A stretch of DNA of 64,000 nucleotides from a virus. Shown one piece after another: positions 20,385 to 29,645 of the stretch. The notes beneath the pieces were generated by a model. It saw only the letters and a list, made by a program, of their open reading frames with translations, had not been told where the DNA came from and did not search any database. The stretch spans positions 1 through 64,000 of IMG/VR virus record IMGVR_UViG_3300027863_001119. One strand, 5' to 3'. The position numbers were made by a program, and so were the translations under genes. Each line of letters begins with the position of its first letter. Within the stretch, counting starts at the first letter, position 1.

Positions 20385-21012
20385 GTTAAGTTTCAATAAC
20401 ATATTCATTCCACGTAGAATAGATGAAATAGAAGAAAAAGAAAAAACGAAAATTCAAAAGATTCTTCAACAAGAAATTATAGAAGGAGATTTAGATTTAC
20501 GTGAAATTAACTGGATTGAAGATTTAGGAAATATTAGAGAAGTAAAAGGTAATGCATATTTACGAAACTCTTCTATTAAAAGTTTAGGAAAACTTGAAAG
20601 AGTTGAAGGAGATTTATGGTTAGACAATTCTCAAATTCAATCCTTAGGAAATCTTCGTTATGTTGGAGGGTGGTTATGTTTACAAAACACTCCTATTCAA
20701 TCATTAGGAAATCTTGAGTATATTGGTGAAAACTTATTACTACAAAACTCTCAAATCCAATCATTAGGAAATCTTCAACACATAGGAGGGAGTTTAGATT
20801 TACGTAATACCTCTATTCAATCTTTAGGAAATCTTCAATATGTAGGGTGGAATTTAGATTTACAAAACTCTCAAATTCAATCATTAGGAAATCTTGAATA
20901 TGTTGGAGGATGGATAGACTTACGAAATAATCCATTATTAGAACTTCCAAAAAAAGAACTAAACAAAATTTTAAGTAAGATAGAAATTGGCGGAGGAGTA
21001 TATGTTGAATAA
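20374..21012 (+). CDS. LRR array gene 11 (212 aa, 8 repeats)
   Basis: Start reassigned to conserved ATG 20374. Confidence 0.9.
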   Translation: MLNKLSFNNIFIPRRIDEIEEKEKTKIQKILQQEIIEGDLDLREINWIEDLGNIREVKGNAYLRNSSIKSLGKLERVEGDLWLDNSQIQSLGNLRYVGGWLCLQNTPIQSLGNLEYIGENLLLQNSQIQSLGNLQHIGGSLDLRNTSIQSLGNLQYVGWNLDLQNSQIQSLGNLEYVGGWIDLRNNPLLELPKKELNKILSKIEIGGGVYVE

Positions 21013-21820
21013 ACTAAGTTTTAATAACATATTTATTCCTCGTAAGATAGATGAAATAGAAGAAAAAGAAAAAACGAGAATTCAACAGATTCTTCAACAA
21101 GAAATCATAGAAGGAGATTTAGATTTACGTAGAATTGACTGGATTGAAGATTTAGGAAATATTAGAGAAGTAAGAGGGAATTTAAATTTAAGTGATTCCC
21201 CCATTAAAAGTTTAAGAAATCTTGAAAGAGTAGATGGAAATTTACATTTAGAAAATTCTCAAATCCAATCATTAGGAAATCTTGAATATGTTGGAAGAAA
21301 TTTATGGATATATAACACTCCTATTCGATCATTAGAAAACCTTGAAAGAGTAGAAGGAGATTTACGTTTAGAAAATTCTCAAATTCAATCATTAGGAAAT
21401 CTTCGTTATGTTGAAGATTATTTAAATTTATATAACACTCCTATTCAATCATTAGGAAATCTTCAATACGTTGGAAAGAGTTTAGATTTAGAAAACACTC
21501 CTATTCAATCTTTAGGAAATCTTCAATATGTTGGAGAAGATTTATATTTACAAAATACTTCTATTCAATCATTAGGAAATCTTGAATATGTCGGAGGTTA
21601 TTTAGATTTACGAAACTCTCAAATCCGATTATTAGGAAATCTTCAACATGTTGGAGGTTATTTAGATTTACACGATTCTCAAATTCAATCTTTAGGAAAA
21701 CTTAAGTATGTCAGAGGATGGATAGACTTAAGAAATACTCCATTATCTAAACTTCCAAAAGAAGAACTAAACAAAATTTTAAGTAAGATAGAAATCGAAG
21801 GAGAAGTATATGTTAAATAA
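21002..21820 (+). CDS. LRR array gene 12 (272 aa, 11 repeats)
   Basis: Start reassigned to conserved ATG 21002. Confidence 0.9.
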   Translation: MLNKLSFNNIFIPRKIDEIEEKEKTRIQQILQQEIIEGDLDLRRIDWIEDLGNIREVRGNLNLSDSPIKSLRNLERVDGNLHLENSQIQSLGNLEYVGRNLWIYNTPIRSLENLERVEGDLRLENSQIQSLGNLRYVEDYLNLYNTPIQSLGNLQYVGKSLDLENTPIQSLGNLQYVGEDLYLQNTSIQSLGNLEYVGGYLDLRNSQIRLLGNLQHVGGYLDLHDSQIQSLGKLKYVRGWIDLRNTPLSKLPKEELNKILSKIEIEGEVYVK

Positions 21821-22583
21821 ACTAAGTTTTGACAACATATTTATTCCACGCAAGATAGATGAAATAGAAGAAAAAGAAAAAATGAGAATTCAAAGACTTT
21901 TACAACAAGAAGTCGTAGAAGGAGACTTAGATTTACATGGAATTAATTGGATTGAAGATTTAGGAAATATTAGAGAAGTAAGAGGAGATTTAGATTTACA
22001 CGGAATTAATTGGATCGAAGATTTAGGAAATATTAGAGAAGTAAGAGGCCATTTATACTTACATGGTTCTTCCATCAAAAGTTTAGGAAAGCTTAAGTAT
22101 GTTGGAAACAGTTTATGGTTACAAAATACCCCTATTCAATCATTAGGAAATCTTGAAAAAGTTGGAGGCAGTTTACGGTTAGAAAACATTCCCATTCAAT
22201 CATTAGGAAATCTTAAATATGTAGGGTGGAGTTTATACTTACAAAACTCTCAAATCCAATCATTAGGAAACCTTGAATATGTTGGAGCAGACTTACATTT
22301 ACAAAACACTCCTATTCAGTCATTAGGAAATCTTCAACATGTAGGAGGAAATTTATGGTTATCCAACACTCCTATTCAATCACTAGGAAATCTTAAACAT
22401 GTAGGAGGAAGTTTAGGTTTATCAGACACTTCCATCCAATCTTTAGGAAATCTTCGTTATGTTGGAAAAAACTTATACTTACAAAACACACTTTTATCTA
22501 AACTTTCGAAAGAAGAACTAAACAAAATTTTAAGTAAAATAGAAATCGGAAAAAGAGTATATGTCAAACAAACTAAGTTTTGA
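21810..22583 (+). CDS. LRR array gene 13 (257 aa; duplicated 21-aa first repeat, 4-aa C-terminal extension)
   Basis: GDLDLHGINWIEDLGNIREVR occurs twice. TAA>CAA at the junction extends the ORF to the next TGA. Confidence 0.9.
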   Translation: MLNKLSFDNIFIPRKIDEIEEKEKMRIQRLLQQEVVEGDLDLHGINWIEDLGNIREVRGDLDLHGINWIEDLGNIREVRGHLYLHGSSIKSLGKLKYVGNSLWLQNTPIQSLGNLEKVGGSLRLENIPIQSLGNLKYVGWSLYLQNSQIQSLGNLEYVGADLHLQNTPIQSLGNLQHVGGNLWLSNTPIQSLGNLKHVGGSLGLSDTSIQSLGNLRYVGKNLYLQNTLLSKLSKEELNKILSKIEIGKRVYVKQTKF

Positions 22584-23091
22584 TAACATATTTATTCCAC
22601 GTAAGATAGATAAAATAGAAGAAAAAGAAAGAATGAGAATTCAAAAGATTCTACAACAAAAAGTCGTAGAAGGAGATTTAGATTTACATGGAATTAATTG
22701 GATTGAAGATTTAGGAAATATTAAAGAAGTAAAAGGAGATTTATACTTACAAAACTCTTCTATTAAAAGTTTAGGAAATCTTGAATATGTTGAGGCAGAC
22801 TTAAATTTACAAAATACTCCTATTCAATCGTTAGGAAATCTTCGCCACGTTGGAGGAGATTTAGATTTACGCAATACTCCTATTCAATCATTAGGAAATC
22901 TTGAATATGTAGGATGGGATTTATTCTTACGCAATACTCCTATTCAATCATTAGGAAATCTTAAGTATGTAGGATGGGATTTATTCTTACAAAACACTCC
23001 TTTATCAAGACTTCCAAAAGAAGAACTAAATATAATTTTAAACAAAATAAAAATTGGAGGAAAAGCATATGTCAAACAAGCTAAGTTTTAA
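22561..23091 (+). CDS. LRR array gene 14 (176 aa, 6 repeats)
   Basis: Same architecture, TAA>CAA extension. Confidence 0.9.
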   Translation: MSNKLSFDNIFIPRKIDKIEEKERMRIQKILQQKVVEGDLDLHGINWIEDLGNIKEVKGDLYLQNSSIKSLGNLEYVEADLNLQNTPIQSLGNLRHVGGDLDLRNTPIQSLGNLEYVGWDLFLRNTPIQSLGNLKYVGWDLFLQNTPLSRLPKEELNIILNKIKIGGKAYVKQAKF

Positions 23092-24820
23092 CAACATATT
23101 TATTCCACGCAAAACAGATGAAATATTAGAAAAAGAAAGAGTAAGAGCTCAAAAACTTTTACAACAAGAAGTTGTAGAAGGAGACTTAAATTTACAAGAA
23201 ACTAATCAGATTGAAGATTTAGGAAATGTTAAAGAAGTAAGAGGTAATGTATATTTACAACACTCTTCTATTCAATCTTTAGGAAATCTTGAAAAAGTCG
23301 AAGGTAGTTTATGGTTACACTATACTTCTATTGAATCATTAGGAAATCTTAAATATATTGGAGGAAATTTATACGCAGAGGATACCCCTATTCAATCATT
23401 AGGAAATCTTGAATATGCTGGAGGAAATTTAGATTTACGTGAAACCTCCATTCAATCTTTAGGAAATCTTAAAGAGGTTTACGGAGATTTATGGTTATCC
23501 GACACTCCTATTCAATCATTAGGAAGACTTGAAAGAGTTGAAGGCAGTTTAAGTTTACAAAGCACCCAAATTCAATCCTTAGGAAATCTTGAATATGTTG
23601 GAGGAAATTTAGATTTATCCGACACTCCTATTCAGTCATTAGGAAATCTCAATTATGTTGGAAAAAACTTATACTTACAAGACACGCCTTTATCCGAACT
23701 TCCAGAAGAAGAACTAAATAAAATTTTAAGTAAAGTAAAAGTAGAAGGAGAAACATATGTACATAAGTTAAACAAACTAAAATTTAACAACCTGCTTATT
23801 ATTCCACAAATAATAGATGGAATAGAAGAAAGAGAAAGAGTTCAAAAACTTTTACAACAAGAAGTTATAGAAGAAGATTTAGATTTACGTGGAATTAACT
23901 GGATTGAAGATTTAGGAAACATTAGAGAAGTAAAAGGTGATGCATATTTACGAAACTCTTCTATTAAAAGTTTAGGAAATCTTCGTTATGTTGGTGGTCA
24001 TTTAGATTTACGTAACACTCCTATTCAATCATTAGGAAACCTTGAGCATATTGGTAAAAGTTTATTAGCATCAAACTCTCAAATTCAATCGTTAGGAAAC
24101 CTTGAACGAATAGAATGGGATTTAGATTTACATAACACTCCTATTCAATCATTAGGAAATCTTGAACGCGTTGGATTAGGCTTAAATTTACAAAACACTC
24201 CTATCCCATCATTAGGAAATCTTCGTTATGTTGGAGGTTATTTAGATTTATATAACACTCCTATTCAATCATTAGAAAATCTTGAGTATATTGGTGGAAG
24301 TTTATATGTAGCAAACACTCAAATTCAATCGTTAGGAAATTTTAAACATATAAAGGGTAGCTTAAATTTATCAAATACTCCTATTCAATCATTAGGAAAT
24401 CTTGAGAGAGTAGAAGAAGATTTATGGTTAGAAAACACTTCTATTCAATCTTTAGGAAATCTTCGTTATGTTGGGAGAGATTTAGATTTACGTAAAACTT
24501 CTATTCAATCATTAGGAAATCTTGAACGAGTTGACAGAGATTTAAATTTACAAAACACTCCTATTCAATCATTAGGAAATCTTGAACGTGTTGGTGGTTA
24601 TTTGAATTTATCAAACACTCCTATTCAATCTTTAGGAAACCTCAAATATGTAGAATGGAATTTATACTTACAAAACTCTCAAATTCAATCATTAGGAAAT
24701 CTTCGTTATGTTGGAGGAGCTTTATACTTAAAAAATACTCCATTATCTAAACTTCCAAGAGAAGAACTAAATAAAATTTTAAGTAAGATAAGAATTAGTA
24801 GAGGAGTATATGTCGAATAA
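23069..24820 (+). CDS. LRR array gene 15: in-frame fusion of two units (9 + 15 repeats, 583 aa)
   Basis: Internal C-cap followed by a second N-cap (ETYVHKLNKLKFNN). Conserved ATG at 23069. Confidence 0.88.
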   Translation: MSNKLSFNNIFIPRKTDEILEKERVRAQKLLQQEVVEGDLNLQETNQIEDLGNVKEVRGNVYLQHSSIQSLGNLEKVEGSLWLHYTSIESLGNLKYIGGNLYAEDTPIQSLGNLEYAGGNLDLRETSIQSLGNLKEVYGDLWLSDTPIQSLGRLERVEGSLSLQSTQIQSLGNLEYVGGNLDLSDTPIQSLGNLNYVGKNLYLQDTPLSELPEEELNKILSKVKVEGETYVHKLNKLKFNNLLIIPQIIDGIEERERVQKLLQQEVIEEDLDLRGINWIEDLGNIREVKGDAYLRNSSIKSLGNLRYVGGHLDLRNTPIQSLGNLEHIGKSLLASNSQIQSLGNLERIEWDLDLHNTPIQSLGNLERVGLGLNLQNTPIPSLGNLRYVGGYLDLYNTPIQSLENLEYIGGSLYVANTQIQSLGNFKHIKGSLNLSNTPIQSLGNLERVEEDLWLENTSIQSLGNLRYVGRDLDLRKTSIQSLGNLERVDRDLNLQNTPIQSLGNLERVGGYLNLSNTPIQSLGNLKYVEWNLYLQNSQIQSLGNLRYVGGALYLKNTPLSKLPREELNKILSKIRISRGVYVE

Positions 24821-25268
24821 ACTAAGCTTTAACAATATATTTATTCCACGTAGAATAGATGAAATAGAAGAAAAAGAAAAAAAGAAAATTCAAAAGATTC
24901 TTCAACAAGAAATCATAGAAGGAGATTTAGATTTACAAAGAATTAATTGGATTGAAGATTTAGGAAATATTAAAGAAGTAAAAGGATATTTATACTTATA
25001 CAATTCTTCTATCAAAAGCTTAGGAAATCTTGAAAGAGTAGAAGGTAGTTTAGATTTAGAAAGTACTCCTATTCAATCTTTAGGAAATCTTCATTATGTT
25101 GGAGGTTATTTATATTTACAAAATACTCCAATTCAATCATTAGGAAATCTTGAGTATGTTAGAAAAGACTTATACTTACAAAATACTCCTTTATCAAAAC
25201 TTCCAAAAAAAGAACTAAATAAAATTTTAAGTAAGATAGAAATTGGTGGAGGGGTATATGTTAAATAA
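24810..25268 (+). CDS. LRR array gene 16 (152 aa, 5 repeats; mosaic of genes 20 and 4)
   Basis: Same architecture, with identical DNA blocks shared with two other genes. Confidence 0.9.
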   Translation: MSNKLSFNNIFIPRRIDEIEEKEKKKIQKILQQEIIEGDLDLQRINWIEDLGNIKEVKGYLYLYNSSIKSLGNLERVEGSLDLESTPIQSLGNLHYVGGYLYLQNTPIQSLGNLEYVRKDLYLQNTPLSKLPKKELNKILSKIEIGGGVYVK

Positions 25269-26076
25269 ACTAAACTTCAACAACATATTTATTCCACGTA
25301 AACTTGATGAAATAGAAGAAAAGGAAAAAACGAGAATTCAAAAACTTCTACAACAAGAAGTAATAGAAGGAGACTTAGATTTACATGGAATTGACTGGAT
25401 CGAAGATTTAGGAAATATTAGAGAAGTAAGAGGAGATTTATACTTATATGATTCTTCTATTCAATCTTTAGGAAAACTCGAACGAGTTGAAGGTAGTTTA
25501 GATTTAGAAAACACTCTTATTCAATCCTTAGGAAATCTCAAATACATTGGAGAAAATTTATGGTCAGAAAAAACACCTATTCAATCATTAGGAAATCTTG
25601 AACGAGTTGAAGGTAGTTTAGATTTAGAAAACACTCCTATTCAATCATTAGGAAAACTTGAAAAAGTTGAAGGTAGTTTAGATTTAGAAAACACTCCTAT
25701 TCAATCATTAGGAAATCTTCGTTATGTTGGCGGTTATTTAGATTTACACAACACTCAAATCCAATCATTAGGAAATCTTGAATATGTTGGATCAGACTTA
25801 AATTTACAAAACTCTCCAATTCAATCTTTAGGAAAACTTAAGCGTGTTAGAGGACGGTTAGACTTAAGAAATACACCTATTCAATCATTAGAAAATCTTG
25901 AACGAGTAGGATGGGATTTAGATTTACGTAATACCCCTATTCAATCCTTAGGAAATCTCAAACGAGTAGGATGGGATTTATTCTTACAAAATACTCCTTT
26001 ATCAAAACTTTCAGAAGAAGAATTAAATAGAATCTTAAGTAGGATAAGAATCATAGGAAAAGTACATGTTAAATAA
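25258..26076 (+). CDS. LRR array gene 17 (272 aa, 11 repeats)
   Basis: Start reassigned to conserved ATG 25258. Confidence 0.9.
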   Translation: MLNKLNFNNIFIPRKLDEIEEKEKTRIQKLLQQEVIEGDLDLHGIDWIEDLGNIREVRGDLYLYDSSIQSLGKLERVEGSLDLENTLIQSLGNLKYIGENLWSEKTPIQSLGNLERVEGSLDLENTPIQSLGKLEKVEGSLDLENTPIQSLGNLRYVGGYLDLHNTQIQSLGNLEYVGSDLNLQNSPIQSLGKLKRVRGRLDLRNTPIQSLENLERVGWDLDLRNTPIQSLGNLKRVGWDLFLQNTPLSKLSEEELNRILSRIRIIGKVHVK

Positions 26077-26716
26077 ACTAAACTTTAACAACATATTCAT
26101 TCCACGTAAGGTAGATGAAATAGAAGAAAAAGAAAAAATGAGAATTCAAAAGATTCTTCAACAAGAAGTTATAGAAGGAGATTTAGATTTACATGGAATT
26201 AACTATATCGAAGATTTAGGAAATATTAGAGAAGTAAAAGGTAATGTATATTTACAAAACTCTTCTATTAAAAGTTTAGAAAAACTTGAGTATGTTGAGG
26301 GTTGTTTAGATTTACACAATACTCTTATTCAATCATTAGGAAATCTTGAGTATATTGGCGAAAGTTTATTCTCATCAAATACTCCTATTCAATCATTAGG
26401 AAATCTTGAATATGTGGGAGGGAGTTTAGATTTAGAAAACACCCCTATTCAATCATTAGGAAATCTTGAATATGTAGGAGGAAATTTATGGTTGCATAAT
26501 ACTCCTATTCAATCCTTAGGAAATCTTTGTTATGTTGAGGGTTATTTAGATTTGTCAAACACTCCTATTCAATCCTTGAGAAACCTTAAATATGTAAAGG
26601 AAAGCTTATACTTGCAAAATACCCCTTTATCAAAACTTCCAAAAAAAGAACTAAATATAATTTTAAACAAAATAGAAATTGAAGGAAAAGCATATGTTAA
26701 ACAAACTAAACTTTAA
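26066..26716 (+). CDS. LRR array gene 18 (216 aa, 8 repeats)
   Basis: Same architecture, TAA>CAA extension. Confidence 0.9.
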   Translation: MLNKLNFNNIFIPRKVDEIEEKEKMRIQKILQQEVIEGDLDLHGINYIEDLGNIREVKGNVYLQNSSIKSLEKLEYVEGCLDLHNTLIQSLGNLEYIGESLFSSNTPIQSLGNLEYVGGSLDLENTPIQSLGNLEYVGGNLWLHNTPIQSLGNLCYVEGYLDLSNTPIQSLRNLKYVKESLYLQNTPLSKLPKKELNIILNKIEIEGKAYVKQTKL

Positions 26717-27452
26717 CAACATATTTATTCCACGCAAGATAGATGAAATAGAAGAAAAAGAAAAAATGAGAATTCAAAAACTTCTACAATCAGAAGTCGT
26801 AGAAGGAAGTTTAGATTTACAAGGAATTGACTGGATCGAAGATTTAGGAAACGTTAGAGAAGTAAAAGGTAGTGTATATTTACAAAACTCTTCTATTAAA
26901 AGTTTAGGAAATCTTCGTTATATTGGTGAAAGTTTATTAGTAGCAAACACTCCTATTCAATCTTTAGGAAATCTTCAATATGTTGATGGAGATTTATATT
27001 TATACGATACTTCTATTCAATCTTTAGGAAAACTTGAACGAGCAGGGCAGTCTTTATACTTATCCAATACTCCCATTCAATCATTAGGAAATCTTTGTTA
27101 TGTTGGGGAAGACTTAGATTTACGTAACACTCCTATTCAATCATTAGGAAATCTTGAACGAGTTGAAGGTAGTTTAGATTTAGAAAACACTCCTATTCAA
27201 TCATTAGGAAATCTTAAGTATGTTGGAAATTATTTAAATTTATCAAACACTCCTATTCAATCTTTAGGAAATCTTGAACAAGTAGGATGGAGTTTAAATT
27301 TAGAAAACTCTCAAATCCAATCTTTAGGAAAACTTGAGTATGTTGGAGGAGATTTATTCTTACAAAACACTCCGTTATCTAAACTTCCGAGAGAAGAACG
27401 AAATAAAATTTTAAGTAAGATAGAAATAAGAGAGGAAGTACATGTTAAATAA
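26694..27452 (+). CDS. LRR array gene 19 (252 aa, 10 repeats)
   Basis: Start reassigned to conserved ATG 26694. Confidence 0.9.
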   Translation: MLNKLNFNNIFIPRKIDEIEEKEKMRIQKLLQSEVVEGSLDLQGIDWIEDLGNVREVKGSVYLQNSSIKSLGNLRYIGESLLVANTPIQSLGNLQYVDGDLYLYDTSIQSLGKLERAGQSLYLSNTPIQSLGNLCYVGEDLDLRNTPIQSLGNLERVEGSLDLENTPIQSLGNLKYVGNYLNLSNTPIQSLGNLEQVGWSLNLENSQIQSLGKLEYVGGDLFLQNTPLSKLPREERNKILSKIEIREEVHVK

Positions 27453-28020
27453 ACTAAACTTTAACAACATATTTATTCCACGTAAACTTAATGAAATAGA
27501 AGAAAAGGAAAAAACGAAAATTCAAAAACTTCTACAACAAGAAATCATAGAAGGAGATTTAGATTTACGTGGAATTAACTGGATTGAAGATTTAGGAAAT
27601 ATTAAAGAAGTAAAAGGATATTTATACTTATACAATTCTTCTATCAAAAGCTTAGGAAATCTTGAAAGAGTAGAAGGTAGTTTAGATTTAGAAAGTACTC
27701 CTATTCAATCTTTAGGAAATCTTCATTATGTTGGAGGTAGTTTATGGTTGCAAAATACTCCTATTCAATCATTAGGTAATCTTAAAAGAGTCGAAGGAAG
27801 TTTAAACTTACGTGATACCTTTATTCAATCTTTAGGAAATCTTGAATATGTAGGATGGGATTTATTCTTACGCGATACCCCCATTCAATCCTTAGGAAAC
27901 CTTGAATATGTAGGATGGGATTTATTCTTACAAAACACTCCTTTATCAAAACTTTCGGAAGAAGAACTAAATAAAATTTTAAGTAAAGTAGAAATCAGAG
28001 GAAGAGTATATGTTGAATAA
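27442..28020 (+). CDS. LRR array gene 20 (192 aa, 7 repeats)
   Basis: Same architecture. Confidence 0.9.
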   Translation: MLNKLNFNNIFIPRKLNEIEEKEKTKIQKLLQQEIIEGDLDLRGINWIEDLGNIKEVKGYLYLYNSSIKSLGNLERVEGSLDLESTPIQSLGNLHYVGGSLWLQNTPIQSLGNLKRVEGSLNLRDTFIQSLGNLEYVGWDLFLRDTPIQSLGNLEYVGWDLFLQNTPLSKLSEEELNKILSKVEIRGRVYVE

Positions 28021-28039
28021 ACTAAGCTTTAACAACTAA
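28010..28039 (+). pseudogene. Truncated N-cap stub of a further LRR unit (MLNKLSFNN*)
   Basis: ATG TTG AAT AAA CTA AGC TTT AAC AAC TAA in the standard overlap position. Homology stops here. Confidence 0.75.
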
Positions 28040-28243
28040 AAAGATAGTCTATAAGGAGTATAAAAGAACATAAACTTAAATGTATTGTATTAAATATATT
28101 AGAAGGAGGTATATATTTATATAACTTAATTATACAAAGTATATAATATTTGTAAGAATTTATTATATTTACAAAATGTTTTTCTTTTATTTCTTTTCCA
28201 TAGTAAAAACTATATATTAAATATTAAAAAAAAGAGATTTGGG

Positions 28244-28741
28244 ATGAAGAAAAAATCAACTTCTTATGATTACATAGATACTTCTTTAGATCAACCTGAA
28301 GATAGAAATTTTGCAAATGAATTAGACGATGTTAAATTGAAAAGAGTAAATCCTAATCGCTATGATAAAAAGAAGGATTGGTATAATTACTTAAATGAGC
28401 ATTTACATGATGATAACATATCGAACAGAAGTGACACCACTACTTTGAACAAAGGAGCAAGAAAAATAAAAACATCTCTATCTTTTAACAATCCAGGATT
28501 TATTCCGACTAATGAAGGTATGATGTTACCTGAAGATATTATTGACGAGCTTACTTATAAAAACTATGCTTATAATAGAAGAATATCTGACAAGGTTACT
28601 CCCGAAAGCTGGAAAAGAATGCTAAACCATGGGTTAGATCCTGTAAGGGACAAAGACATTATCGAAAAAAATAACGAAAAAGTAGATAGAATGGAAAGAA
28701 GATTTCAAAAAGAATTAATGTTAGAAAAAAACGAAGAGTAA
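28244..28741 (+). CDS. Hypothetical charged protein
   Basis: 165-aa ORF. Internal SLSFNNPGFIP resembles the LRR N-cap KLSFNNIFIP. Confidence 0.65.
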   Translation: MKKKSTSYDYIDTSLDQPEDRNFANELDDVKLKRVNPNRYDKKKDWYNYLNEHLHDDNISNRSDTTTLNKGARKIKTSLSFNNPGFIPTNEGMMLPEDIIDELTYKNYAYNRRISDKVTPESWKRMLNHGLDPVRDKDIIEKNNEKVDRMERRFQKELMLEKNEE

Positions 28742-28747
28742 ACTAGT

Positions 28748-29560
28748 ATGTCTTTAATTGGATTAACAAGAAGACATAAAGCTTGTAAAGTTTGTACTGT
28801 AATAACAGATGATAATGTTTTAAATCAACTTAATATTGATTTGATTTTATCAAGAAAAACTATAAAAGAAATTATTAATGAATATGGGAAGTATATTCCT
28901 GAGAATATACCACCATTAAATCATGTAAACTTATTAAATCATAAAAAACATTGTGATCCTTCTACAATTGCAGAAGAAATTCTCCGTAGAAAAAACCAAC
29001 CTATTACTCCAGGTGATTTTGTTTCTATTCTATATGCAGAAAGATTTAAAGAGCGTATAGATAAACAAAATGTTTTACATGCAATATATAAAGAACGTAT
29101 AAATAATATTCAATTCTTAAGAGACTTATTAGAGGATAAGCAAAAAGAGTATGAAAGATATAAAAGTAAAGAAGATCCTTTATCTAGAGAGGATGCTAAA
29201 AAAACAGAAAAAGAAATAAGAGAGATTATATCTCAAATTGATTCTATAGAAAGAGATATACAATCTGTTATTTTACAAGATATAAAAGTAGAAAAAGGTC
29301 CGGGAAATACTTATATAAACAACAATGTAGTAAACATATTTGAAAACGACTTAAAATCTTTTATGGACGAGTTTATACCACGTTTAGTTTATGAAGTATT
29401 ATCAGATGATACAGAGAAAGCCAAAGAAGTTATATCTCTTATGAGCATGTTGTTAGATAAACATATTTCTCCTTCTATGAAAAAACTTAAAGAAGGTTCT
29501 ATAGGTAATGTTACTCCTTTATTAATTACTTCAAATAGTCAGAGAGAAGGAATTGTTTAA
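28748..29560 (+). CDS. Putative Zn-binding (CxxC...HxxHC) helical/coiled-coil protein, possibly DNA-packaging related
   Basis: CKVC at the N-terminus, NHKKHC, then long coiled coil. Function is inferred only. Confidence 0.45.
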   Translation: MSLIGLTRRHKACKVCTVITDDNVLNQLNIDLILSRKTIKEIINEYGKYIPENIPPLNHVNLLNHKKHCDPSTIAEEILRRKNQPITPGDFVSILYAERFKERIDKQNVLHAIYKERINNIQFLRDLLEDKQKEYERYKSKEDPLSREDAKKTEKEIREIISQIDSIERDIQSVILQDIKVEKGPGNTYINNNVVNIFENDLKSFMDEFIPRLVYEVLSDDTEKAKEVISLMSMLLDKHISPSMKKLKEGSIGNVTPLLITSNSQREGIV

Positions 29561-29645
29561 AATAAAATAGTATTTATTAGGAAAAAATACTAAATATTAG
29601 TTAGTAAACATAAATATAACAAAAAAAATAGGAGTTTATAGAAAA

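Larger units (their letters stand above)
13241..28039 (+). repeat. Tandem LRR gene array: 20 genes/21 units built of 60-bp (20-aa) repeats
   Basis: Core ctcctattcaatcattaggaaatct recurs every 60 bp. Caps are conserved in every unit. Confidence 0.95.

Noticed and set aside
15366-26693. Longer N-termini given by the ORF track for six LRR genes (15366, 18803, 20359, 20987, 23054, 25243, 26679 type starts)
   Set aside because: These are upstream TTG codons inside the previous C-cap. The conserved ATG 15 nt downstream has the SD and matches all paralogs.
13377-28020. CRISPR-like pattern: ~25-bp constant core alternating with ~35-bp variable segments
   Set aside because: The variable segments are homologous to each other, the period is exactly 60 bp in coding frame, the repeats have synonymous variation, and no cas genes are present.
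13377-28020. Diversity-generating retroelement as the source of LRR variation
   Set aside because: No reverse transcriptase or template/variable repeat pair in the window, and differences involve all four bases, not only adenines. An RT elsewhere in the genome cannot be excluded.
28040-28243. Short imperfect inverted repeats and an orphan GGAGG downstream of the array
   Set aside because: Stems are short and A/T-only, and no credible ORF follows the GGAGG.
11611-29600. Possible late-promoter motif ACTA[T/A]ATATTA before the sheath (~11615), ORF 28244 (~28209) and tube (~29589)
   Set aside because: Only three loose matches in very AT-rich DNA. Not distinguishable from chance without a genome-wide test.
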